In this document: positions 41,442 through 49,994 of the stretch, in pieces | Position numbering within the stretch: the first letter of the stretch is position 1 | Layout: every line of letters begins with the position of its first letter | From: Isosphaeraceae bacterium | GTDB taxonomy: Bacteria; Planctomycetota; Planctomycetia; Isosphaerales; Isosphaeraceae | Direction: 5' to 3' | NCBI GenBank assembly: GCA_965201075.1 | Contig: CBDAVP010000007.1 | Coordinates: 124,001-188,000, forward strand | DNA length: 64,000 nt | Translations under genes and position numbers: made by a program | Notes under the pieces: model-generated | The model's database searches: none | What the model saw: only the letters and a program-made list of their open reading frames with translations | What the model was told of the DNA's origin: nothing

Positions 41442-42215
41442 TCAAGCGGTCATGCCGCCATCGACCGCAATGACCTGTCCGGTTAAATAGCCCGCGCCGG
41501 GTCCGGCCAGGTAAGTCACCAGGTCGGCGATGTCCTCGGGATTCCCCAGGCGCTTGACCGGCACCCGCTCCTTGACCTCGGCCTTGATCTTCTCGGGGAG
41601 GACTTCGGTCATGTCGGTGGTGATGAACCCCGGAGCGACCGCATTGACCGTGATGTTGCGCGAGGCCAGTTCCTTGGCGATCGTCTGGGTGAACCCAATC
41701 ACCCCGGCCTTGCTGGCGGAGTAATTCGCCTGCCCGGGGTTGCCCACCAGGCCCGAGACGCTGGAGATGTTGATGATTCGCCCGTAACGTTGGCGGATCA
41801 TCAACGCCCCGACGGCTCGACAGAACAGGAATGTCCCCTTGAGGTTGGTGGCGATCACGGCGTCCCAGGCGTCGTCCTCCATCCTCAGCATCAGGCCGTC
41901 CTTGGTGATGCCGGCGTTGTTGACGAGGATGTGGATTTTCTCGAACTTGGTCTCGACCTCGGCGACGATGCGGGCGATTTCCTCGGGCCGGTCGATGCTG
42001 CCCGGGAACGCCTCGGCCGAGCCGCCGGCGTTGCGGATCGCCTCCAGGGTCCCGGCCAGACCCTCGGCCGTGCGTGCGACTCCCGCGATCCTGGCTCCGC
42101 AGGCCGCCAACTGAATCGCGATGGCGCGACCGATCCCGCGGGATGCCCCCGTGACAAGAGCCACCTGGCCTTCCAGGTTCACCCGACAGGGCTGGACGGC
42201 GATCGATTCCGCCAT
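41442..42215 (-). CDS. fabG: 3-oxoacyl-ACP reductase
   Basis: 'TGASRGIG', 'NNAGIT.D', 'YSASKAG'. Confidence 0.95.
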   Translation of the reverse strand: MAESIAVQPCRVNLEGQVALVTGASRGIGRAIAIQLAACGARIAGVARTAEGLAGTLEAIRNAGGSAEAFPGSIDRPEEIARIVAEVETKFEKIHILVNNAGITKDGLMLRMEDDAWDAVIATNLKGTFLFCRAVGALMIRQRYGRIINISSVSGLVGNPGQANYSASKAGVIGFTQTIAKELASRNITVNAVAPGFITTDMTEVLPEKIKAEVKERVPVKRLGNPEDIADLVTYLAGPGAGYLTGQVIAVDGGMTA

Positions 42216-42266
42216 GATGAGGTTCCTTGCTGAGGAGAAATTTCGCGTGACCGGTCTCGCGCTACG

Positions 42267-43178
42267 TCAACGGGCCGGGATGCTGGTGCAAGGCACTTTC
42301 CGGTCGATCCGCTTGAGCAGGCCGGTGAGGACTCGCCCCGGGCCAATCTCATAGAACGTATCGAACCCGTCGGCCAGCATTTTGCGGATCGACTCCTCCC
42401 AGCGCACGCCCTGAATGACCTGCGCCACCAGGGTTGCCCGAAGGTCGTCGGGGTCGGTGTGGATCGAGGCGTCGACGTTGGAATAGACCGGGATTCTCGG
42501 AGGGCCCACCTCGACCGCCTCCAGCGTCGCGGCTAGGCGCTCGTCGGCCGGCTTCATCAACGGCGTGTGGAACGCGCCGGCGACGGACAGCGGGATGACC
42601 CGCGAAGCCCCCATCTCGGTCGCCGCCGGCTCGACGGCCGCCAGCGCCGCGGTCTCTCCCGAGACGACGATATTTCCGGGACCCAGGAGGTTGGCTTTCC
42701 AGAGACGCCCGTGAGAGATCAAACGGTCGCACAAGGCATCGACCTGGGCGACGTCAAGGCCCAAGATACTGGTCATGCCGCTGGGAGTGGCCAGGGCCGA
42801 TTCCTGCATGGCTCGACCGCGCTCGCTCACGACGCGCAGACCGTCCTCGAACGACAACGAGCCGGCGAATACCAGGGCGGTGTACTCGCCAAGGCTGAGG
42901 CCCGCGGCGCCTTCGCAATCGGCGACGACCTCGGGCTGGTCGACCTTCAGGCCCTCCAGCGCCGCGAGACTGGCGACAAAGATGGCCGGCTGGCTGACGT
43001 CGGTCGCTTCCAGGGTCTCGGGCGGCCCCTCGAAGCAGGCCCGACGCAGGTCGAAGCCCAAAATCTGGTCGGCGCGGTCAAACAGGTCGCGAACGGCCGG
43101 GACGTCCCGGTCCAGTTCGCGACCCATCCCCACGGCTTGCGCACCCTGGCCGGGGAACAAAAACGCGACTTTCGGCAT
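42267..43178 (-). CDS. fabD: Malonyl-CoA:ACP transacylase
   Basis: 'FPGQGAQ', 'GLSLGEY', 'GAFHT', 'EIGPG'. Confidence 0.95.
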   Translation of the reverse strand: MPKVAFLFPGQGAQAVGMGRELDRDVPAVRDLFDRADQILGFDLRRACFEGPPETLEATDVSQPAIFVASLAALEGLKVDQPEVVADCEGAAGLSLGEYTALVFAGSLSFEDGLRVVSERGRAMQESALATPSGMTSILGLDVAQVDALCDRLISHGRLWKANLLGPGNIVVSGETAALAAVEPAATEMGASRVIPLSVAGAFHTPLMKPADERLAATLEAVEVGPPRIPVYSNVDASIHTDPDDLRATLVAQVIQGVRWEESIRKMLADGFDTFYEIGPGRVLTGLLKRIDRKVPCTSIPAR

Positions 43179-43238
43179 GCCAAGAATCCTTCCGCGAGAA
43201 ATTCCGACAGGACCGACCAATCAACCAGGACGGCTGAC

Positions 43239-44288
43239 TCAGCGCGCCTCGGCAGCGGTCTCCTTGACTGGCGGGGCGGGAGCTTCGGCCAGTTGCTCGA
43301 CGATTTGCTGGGTAATGCGATCCTCGCCCATGATCGCGGCGACCCTCAGGCCGTTGCGGATGGCTCGGTCGTCGGACGACCCGTGGCAGATGATGCAGGC
43401 GCCGCGAATGCCCAGCAGCGGCCCGCCACCATATTCATGGTACTCGAAACTGGTCTTCAACCCTCGAAGCCCTCCGACCAGCGCACCGGCCGTCTCCGGA
43501 GGCAGTCCGCCCATCAAGGGGCCGAGGGCCTTCTTCAAGGCCGTGAACAGAAATTCCACGGCCCCCTCGCCGGCCTTCAGCAGAACGTTGCCGACAAACC
43601 CCTCGCAGACGACCACGCGGGCGCGCCCCTCGTAAACGTCGCGTCCTTCGATGTTACCGACGAACCGCTCGCGCATCGGGCCAGCGAGGAACATCGCACG
43701 GGCCGAGCGGGTCAACTCGTTCCCCTTGTCCTCCTCGGACCCGACGTTGATGAGGCCCACCGTGGGGTTGGCCACTCCCAGGACGTGTTCGGCGTAGACA
43801 GCGCCCATCACCCCGTACTGGTAGAGGTCCTCGGGCTTGGCGTTCATGTTGGCGCCAACGTCGACGATGGCGATCGGCCCCTGATGGGACGGAAAGATCG
43901 CCGCGATGCCGGGACGCCGCACGCCGGGCAGGAAAAGCTTGCCGTTAAGCATGGCCGAGGCGACCATCGCCCCGGTGTTTCCCGCCGAGACGACCGCCTG
44001 GACCTCCCCGGCGGCCATCAGGCCCCAGCACTTGGAGATGGAGTTGTCTCGCTTCTTGCGCAGGGCCTCGACCGGTTTTTCCTCCATGCCGATGGCCTGG
44101 CTGGCGTGGACCACCGGCAAGCGGTCTCGGGGCGCCTCGGGGGCTTTGGCGAGTTCAGCCTCGATGGCATCGCGATCGCCGACCAAGACGACTTCCAGCC
44201 CCGGCTGCTGGGTCACCGCGTCGACGGCCCCCCGAACGATCGGGCCGGGGGCGTGATCGCCGCCCATGGCGTCCAGGGCAACCCGCAT
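43239..44288 (-). CDS. plsX: Phosphate acyltransferase PlsX
   Basis: 'VALDAMGGDHAP', 'SAGNTGA', 'DVGAN', 'GFVGNVLLK', 'HGSS'. Confidence 0.95.
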   Translation of the reverse strand: MRVALDAMGGDHAPGPIVRGAVDAVTQQPGLEVVLVGDRDAIEAELAKAPEAPRDRLPVVHASQAIGMEEKPVEALRKKRDNSISKCWGLMAAGEVQAVVSAGNTGAMVASAMLNGKLFLPGVRRPGIAAIFPSHQGPIAIVDVGANMNAKPEDLYQYGVMGAVYAEHVLGVANPTVGLINVGSEEDKGNELTRSARAMFLAGPMRERFVGNIEGRDVYEGRARVVVCEGFVGNVLLKAGEGAVEFLFTALKKALGPLMGGLPPETAGALVGGLRGLKTSFEYHEYGGGPLLGIRGACIICHGSSDDRAIRNGLRVAAIMGEDRITQQIVEQLAEAPAPPVKETAAEAR

Positions 44289-44386
44289 TATGACCTCCGA
44301 AACCAGGGCGGAAGGGAAACGCACGACGGCGTGCGGCGAGGGCCACCTCAAGGGCCAGCGCCGGGCCCCGGGAACGGCCGGGCCGT

Positions 44387-44416
44387 ATCCTAGAAAAGCC
44401 GGTGGAACGCTGTCAA
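44387..44416 (-). promoter_or_regulatory. sigma70-like promoter of the plsX-fab operon
   Basis: TTGACA-18 bp-TAGGAT on the minus strand. Confidence 0.55.
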
Positions 44417-44578
44417 GCAACTGGGTCCAACTCGACGACGCGGACCCGAAATCTTGGGCCGAGGGGCTCCTTTACAGTCCCGGATTGGCGAGTTAGGCTA
44501 GAAGACGTCCGTCCCCTCTCCCTGTCAGTCCGACAATCCGGTCGTTAGCCCCTCCGAGGCTTCACGAGGCCCCCTGCT

Positions 44579-44851
44579 ATGTCGCAAGCCGTCGTCAACC
44601 CGGAAGACCTCAGGCGCTTCGCCTCGCAGTTGAAGCGGTTCAACGGCGAGCTTCAAACGCAACTCTCCTCCATCGGCGGCCAGCTCAACGCCCTCGGGCA
44701 GACCTGGCGGGACCGCGAGCAAGAGAAGTTCACCGAGGAATTTGCCCAGACGATGCAGAGCCTGGGCCGGTTCATCGAGGCGACCAACCAGTTCATCCCC
44801 TTTTTGATGCGCAAGGCCGGCCGCGCCGAGGAATACCTCCAGCAGCGTTGA
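44579..44851 (+). CDS. WXG100 family type VII secretion target (WxD variant)
   Basis: 90 aa, 'VNPEDLRRFASQL', central 'WRD', helix-turn-helix pattern, C-terminal 'RAEEYL'. Confidence 0.85.
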   Translation: MSQAVVNPEDLRRFASQLKRFNGELQTQLSSIGGQLNALGQTWRDREQEKFTEEFAQTMQSLGRFIEATNQFIPFLMRKAGRAEEYLQQR

Positions 44852-44916
44852 GCCCTCCGGCCGACCAGGTTCGCAACGTCCTGGAGCCGAGACCGCATCG
44901 GGGAGCCCGCACCGCC

Positions 44917-45603
44917 ATGAGCAGCCAGAACGTCAAGGTCACGTCGATCGCCGCCCTGGCCGAGTTCCGCAACGCCCTTTGCACCTTCGCCGAGGATGCC
45001 AGGTCGTCGATCGGCAATGCCGAGATGGACGTGCGCCGGACCAACGACTGGCTTGCCCGGGGCCAGACCCTGTTCTGGCAGGCCGAGATCAAGAAATCGG
45101 AACTGGCCGTCGCCGAGGCCCAGGCCGCCCTCTTCCGCCGCAAGATCAGCCAGACCGGCGACACGGCCAATGACTCCGAGCAAAGGGAGAATCTCCGCAA
45201 CGCCAAGCGTCGCCTCCAACACGCCGAGGACAAGTTGCGGGTCGTCAAGCGCTGGATTCCCCAGTTCCAGCACGCCGTGGGCGAGTTCCACGCCCGCGTC
45301 CACCCGATCGGCGACATGGCTTCCGGCGAACTCGATCGGGCCCTGAGGCTGCTGGACAACATGGTCGCGGCGCTCGATGCCTACACCCGGATCGCTCCGC
45401 CCCCCAGTTCCCGGGACGCCACTGCGTCGGGCACGACGGCCGGGTCTCCCGCCGGAGCGGCGGCGGGCACGACCGAATCGGCGGCCATCGCGCCCCCTTC
45501 GCCCGAACCCGACTCGGCCTCGCCCCAGCCGGCGGAGGCCACCTCCCTGGCTCCGGCCGCCGAGGTCCACCCCGAAGCCGAACCCGTGGAGGCCCGATCA
45601 TGA
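44917..45603 (+). CDS. Helical hypothetical protein in the T7SS-like cluster
   Basis: About 150-aa coiled-coil body plus Ala/Pro/Ser tail. ATGA overlap with the next gene. Confidence 0.75.
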   Translation: MSSQNVKVTSIAALAEFRNALCTFAEDARSSIGNAEMDVRRTNDWLARGQTLFWQAEIKKSELAVAEAQAALFRRKISQTGDTANDSEQRENLRNAKRRLQHAEDKLRVVKRWIPQFQHAVGEFHARVHPIGDMASGELDRALRLLDNMVAALDAYTRIAPPPSSRDATASGTTAGSPAGAAAGTTESAAIAPPSPEPDSASPQPAEATSLAPAAEVHPEAEPVEARS

Positions 45604-45806
45604 GCGCTGGCTCGGCTCGGTTGGAACACGCCCTGAAGGCAATCCGCATGCAGTGGGAACTCGTTGGCGACTACTGGAACGACCAGAACCGTCTCGAGTT
45701 CGAGAAGAATTTCATGGCCCCCCTGGAGGCACGAGCCTCGGCCGCCATCCGGGGCATGGACAACATCGCCGAGGTCATCAAGAAGGTCCGGCAAGACTGT
45801 GCCTGA
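45600..45806 (+). CDS. Short WXG100-like protein
   Basis: 68 aa, central 'YWNDQ...EF', amphipathic helices; overlaps both neighbours. Confidence 0.7.
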   Translation: MSAGSARLEHALKAIRMQWELVGDYWNDQNRLEFEKNFMAPLEARASAAIRGMDNIAEVIKKVRQDCA

Positions 45807-48800
45807 ACAGACCAACGGCCACCCGGCCGCACCCGTCGAGCTGGCCGAGGCCGAACCCGCGGCCCGCGAAGTCTCGTTGATCGACCGCGAACGCTCGCTC
45901 TTGCGCGAGTTGTCCGGCCAGACCTCGGCGCGCGCCGCCGCCGAGACGCAGCTCAGCACCACCTTCACCTCGCGCAAGGCCGCAGCCGACCGCGACCACC
46001 AGAAGGCGCTGCGAGAAGCCGAAGGCCGGATGGCCGCCGACTCCGAGGCCAGCAAGGGGGAGTACCAGAAGCAGAAGCAGGCCGCCCTGTCGCGGTTCGG
46101 CACCGCGCAGGCCACCGCCGAGGCTGCCCTCAAGGAACTTCGAGGCAAGGCGACCGAGCAGGTCGAGGCCGACAAGGAGAAGTTCGCCAACGACAACGAA
46201 GAAGCCCGCTGGCAAGCCAACGCCGTCTTCGAGGCCGCTGCCGACGACATTCGCCGCAAGTACGAGGCGCTGGACACCCGCTTCAAGACCGATACCCAAA
46301 CCCTTCTGCCACTCCAGGAAGAGGCGCGCTACGTCCACGACGAGTTCGCCCCGTTCCTGGGCGAAGACCCGTCCTACCACTCCTCGCACGAGGACGACCC
46401 CGATTCGGGCGCCGAGGGCGAAGCGTCGTCCGAGGTCGCCCCCGGGGAAGACGCCGCCGCCGCCGCCGACCAGCCTCCGCCACCGCCGCTGGATCCGTCG
46501 ATCGCCGAAGGGGCCGACCCCACTCTGCTGCTCCAGCAAGCCATAGGCGACCTTGACGCCCACCTCTACGAACTCAAGCAGGTTACCCTGCCGAAGTTCC
46601 TGGCCTGGAATCAGTTTTTCGTCGTGATTCTGGGCCTGGCGATTCTGTTGATCCCGGCCATCGGGTTTCTGGCCAAGAACTGGCCGGTGGGCATCGCCGT
46701 TGGCCTCGCGGCGGCGGTGGGGATCGGCATCGCCCTACGCAAAGGGTTGATGGCCAAGGCCCATTCCCAGGTCGCTCAGGTTCGCCCGGTCCTGGCCGCG
46801 ACCCTGGCCGAGACCGAAGCCCTCGTGGCCCGCTGCCCCGGCTGGATCGCCGCACGGCGCAACGGCGAGATGACCGAGGCTGAGAAGAAACGCGACCGTT
46901 CCTTCCGCAGAGCCGACGACACGTTGAGGCGGACCACGCTCGATTCGCAACTTCACGCCGACCTCGAAGTTCAGCAAGCCAAGGACACCTTCGACAAAAA
47001 ATCGAATGACTTGAAGAAGGTGCGTGACGAAGCCATCAAGGTCGCCGACGAAGCCTATGCCCGACGGGCCGGCGAGATCAAGAAACGTTTCCAGACCGAT
47101 TCCGACCGCGTCGAGGCCACCTACGGACCCCGCAAGGCCGAGGAGTCCGCCAAATTCCAGGCCGAGACCGAGCGGATGATCGGTGCCTGGAACCACACCC
47201 TCGACCACGCCCGCCAAGAGATTCAAACCGTCCAGGAGGAAGATCGTCGGCTCTTCCTCCCTTGGGATCAGTGGGCCCCGGCGCCGTCGGTCCCCTCGGG
47301 CGTCCGCTTCGGTACGCTCCGGGTCGAGCCCGCTCAATTGCCCGGCGGTCCTCCCAAGGACGCGAAACTGAGGCCAACCCTGGAGGGCTTCGACATTCCG
47401 GCCCTGCTGCCACTCTATGGGCAAAAGGGTTCCTTGATGCTCAAGGCGGGGGACGGGGCGGGCAAGGAGGCCGCCGTCGATGTGCTGCACACCACGATGC
47501 TGCGGTTGATTACCGCCCTGCCCCCGGCCAAGGTCCGCTTCACGATCATCGACCCCGTCGGTCTCGGCCGCAACTTCGCCGCGTTCATGCACCTGGCCGA
47601 CTATGACGAGCAATTCGTCACCAGCCGCATCTGGACCGAGCAAAGCCAGGTCGAGCAGCGTCTCGTCGACCTGACCGAGCACATGGAAAACGTCATCCAG
47701 AAGTATCTCCGCAACGAGTACGAAACGATCGAGCAATACAACGCCCAGGCGGGCGAGGTTGCCGAGCCGTTCCGCATCCTGGTCGTGGCCAACTACCCGG
47801 CCGGGTTCAACGACAATGCGGTCAAGCGTCTGGCCAGCATCATCGACAGCGGGGTCCGTTGCGGCGTTCACACCCTTCTGAGCCTTGACCCCAAGCAGGC
47901 GACGGCCGTCGGCGCCAACGTGCCGGAACTGGAACGTCAGTGCCTGACTCTGGAATGGAAAAATGGCGCATTCGCGTGGACCGGTGACGAGGCCTTTTCT
48001 CCCTATCCGCTCACCCTGGATCGAGGACCTCGGCCCGATGCCATCTCAAAGTTGATGCACATCGTGGGGGCCAAGGCAAAAGAGGCCAAACGGGTCGAGG
48101 TCCCCTTCGAGGTCATCGCCCCGGCGGCCGACCGCTGGTGGTCCAACGACAGCCGCTCGGGCCTGGATATCCCCCTGGGACGCGCCGGCGCTTCTCGTCT
48201 TCAGCACATGAAGCTCGGACGAGGTACATCTCAGCACGTCCTGGTCGCCGGCAAGACGGGCTCGGGCAAGTCGACCTTGATGCACGCATTGATCGTCAAC
48301 GCCGCCCTGCGGTATAGCCCTGATGAACTCGAGTTCTACCTGATCGACTTCAAGAAGGGCGTCGAGTTCAAGACCTATGCCTCCTGGGGCCTGCCTCACG
48401 CTCGGGTCATCGCCGTCGAGAGCGAGCGGGAATTCGGCCTCAGCGTCCTTCAGCGATTGGACGTCGAGTTGACCCTCCGCGGCGACAATTTCCGCAAGGT
48501 CGGGGCCCAGGACGTTGCTTCGTACCGCAACTCCGCCAACCACCCCCGTTGCCCACGAATCCTGCTCATTATCGACGAATTCCAGGAATTTTTCATCGAG
48601 GACGACAAGCTCGCCCAGGAAGCGTCGCTGCTGCTCGATCGCCTGGTCCGCCAGGGCCGAGCCTTCGGCATCCACGTCCACCTTGGCTCGCAAACTCTCA
48701 GTGGCGCTTACAGCCTGGCCCGCAGCACCCTGGGCCAGATGGCCATTCGCATCGCCCTCCAGTGCAGCGAGGCCGATTCGCACCTAATCCTGAGCGAGGA

Positions 48801-49896
48801 CAACGGCGCCGCGAGACTGCTGTCCCGGCCCGGCGAGGCGATCTATAACGACGCCAATGGTCTGGTCGAGGGCAACCACCCGTTCCAGGTCGTCTGGTTG
48901 GCCGACCACCGCAAGGAAGATTATTTGAAGAAGCTGCGGGCCCTGGACATCTCCCAGGGCCAGGAGACGCCCCGCTCCCAGATTGTCTTCGAGGGGAGCC
49001 TGCCAGCGTTGCCGTCGAACAACCCAAGGCTGGAAGGATTGCTCGACGCCTCGTCGTGGCCAAGCGAGCCACCCAAGGCCGCCTCGGCCTGGCTGGGCGA
49101 GGCGATTGCAATCAAGGACCCCACCTCGGCCACCTTCCGGCCCCAGGGCGGGTCGAACCTGCTGTTGGTTGGGCAAGAGGACGAAGGGGCGACTGGCATC
49201 CTGGCCAACGCCATCATTGGCCTGGCCGCTCAGCATCCGGCCGACAACGCCCGGTTCGTGATCCTCGACGGGCTGCCGGTCGACTCTCCTCTGTCCGGAG
49301 TTCTCGGCCGGGCCGTGGGCGCGGTTCCCCACTCCAGCCGAGTCACCGGGGCGAGAGACGCGGCGCCGGCCATCCACGAGGTCGCCGACGAGGTGGAACG
49401 ACGGATGGCCGAGGCCGCCACCGCCGACCTCCCCTCCATCTACCTGATCATCCACGACCTCCAGCGCTTCCGGGAACTCCGCAAGGCCGAGGACGATTAC
49501 AGCTTCGGTTCCTCCCGGGGCTTCGGCGACGACGAGCCGGTTCAGGCCCCTCCCTCTCAGCGGTTCGCGGCGATCCTCCGCGACGGACCCAACGTCAACG
49601 TTCATACTCTGGCCTGGTCTGACTCCTTGACCAACGTCAACCGCACGATCGACCGCTCCAGCCTTCGTGAGTTCGAGCTGCGCGTCTTGTTCCAGATGAA
49701 TGCCAACGACTCCAGCGCCCTACTCGACACCCCGATCGCCAACCGTCTCGGTCCCAACCGCGCCTATTACAACAGCGAGTCCGAGAACGTGATGGAGAAG
49801 TTCCGGCCCTACCAGGTGCCCGACGCGGCCTACCTGGATCGAGTTCGCACGGCCCTGGACAACCGTCCCGCTGGAGCGGCCAACGTTGGGGCCTGA
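45799..49896 (+). CDS. FtsK/SpoIIIE-family ATPase, EssC/EccC-like
   Basis: Coiled coil, 2 TM, coiled coil, then three P-loop-like domains. The intact domain has 'GKTGSGKST', 'LIDFKKGVEF', 'LIIDEFQE' and 'RQGRAFGIHVHLGSQ'. GTG start inferred. Confidence 0.9.
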   Translation: MPEQTNGHPAAPVELAEAEPAAREVSLIDRERSLLRELSGQTSARAAAETQLSTTFTSRKAAADRDHQKALREAEGRMAADSEASKGEYQKQKQAALSRFGTAQATAEAALKELRGKATEQVEADKEKFANDNEEARWQANAVFEAAADDIRRKYEALDTRFKTDTQTLLPLQEEARYVHDEFAPFLGEDPSYHSSHEDDPDSGAEGEASSEVAPGEDAAAAADQPPPPPLDPSIAEGADPTLLLQQAIGDLDAHLYELKQVTLPKFLAWNQFFVVILGLAILLIPAIGFLAKNWPVGIAVGLAAAVGIGIALRKGLMAKAHSQVAQVRPVLAATLAETEALVARCPGWIAARRNGEMTEAEKKRDRSFRRADDTLRRTTLDSQLHADLEVQQAKDTFDKKSNDLKKVRDEAIKVADEAYARRAGEIKKRFQTDSDRVEATYGPRKAEESAKFQAETERMIGAWNHTLDHARQEIQTVQEEDRRLFLPWDQWAPAPSVPSGVRFGTLRVEPAQLPGGPPKDAKLRPTLEGFDIPALLPLYGQKGSLMLKAGDGAGKEAAVDVLHTTMLRLITALPPAKVRFTIIDPVGLGRNFAAFMHLADYDEQFVTSRIWTEQSQVEQRLVDLTEHMENVIQKYLRNEYETIEQYNAQAGEVAEPFRILVVANYPAGFNDNAVKRLASIIDSGVRCGVHTLLSLDPKQATAVGANVPELERQCLTLEWKNGAFAWTGDEAFSPYPLTLDRGPRPDAISKLMHIVGAKAKEAKRVEVPFEVIAPAADRWWSNDSRSGLDIPLGRAGASRLQHMKLGRGTSQHVLVAGKTGSGKSTLMHALIVNAALRYSPDELEFYLIDFKKGVEFKTYASWGLPHARVIAVESEREFGLSVLQRLDVELTLRGDNFRKVGAQDVASYRNSANHPRCPRILLIIDEFQEFFIEDDKLAQEASLLLDRLVRQGRAFGIHVHLGSQTLSGAYSLARSTLGQMAIRIALQCSEADSHLILSEDNGAARLLSRPGEAIYNDANGLVEGNHPFQVVWLADHRKEDYLKKLRALDISQGQETPRSQIVFEGSLPALPSNNPRLEGLLDASSWPSEPPKAASAWLGEAIAIKDPTSATFRPQGGSNLLLVGQEDEGATGILANAIIGLAAQHPADNARFVILDGLPVDSPLSGVLGRAVGAVPHSSRVTGARDAAPAIHEVADEVERRMAEAATADLPSIYLIIHDLQRFRELRKAEDDYSFGSSRGFGDDEPVQAPPSQRFAAILRDGPNVNVHTLAWSDSLTNVNRTIDRSSLREFELRVLFQMNANDSSALLDTPIANRLGPNRAYYNSESENVMEKFRPYQVPDAAYLDRVRTALDNRPAGAANVGA

Positions 49897-49931
49897 TCGC
49901 GGTTGCACCAGAGCTGAAGGTTTCAACGACG

Positions 49932-49968
49932 AGACGCCGCCGTCCCTGATCCAGGGGCGGCGGCGTCT
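49932..49968. terminator. Hairpin between the convergent FtsK-like and porin genes
   Basis: AGACGCCGCCGTCCCTG-ATC-CAGGGGCGGCGGCGTCT, a 17-bp stem. Confidence 0.75.
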
Positions 49969-49994
49969 GGTTCGTCATGCCCGGGGGGGCAAGC

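Noticed and set aside
39427..44288. Secondary-metabolite (type II PKS) cluster
   Set aside because: Standard plsX-fabD-fabG-acpP-fabF fatty acid operon, with no chain-length factor or tailoring enzymes.
42567..44393. 608-aa plus-strand ORF, and similar long ORFs (28637-30244, 49977-51500, 53451-54899, 33796-35037, 4837-5910)
   Set aside because: Antisense shadows of well-supported genes, expected in high-GC DNA, with no recognisable motifs.
45799..49896. Canonical cell-division FtsK
   Set aside because: It has multiple ATPase-like domains, no evident gamma domain, and WXG100 neighbours.
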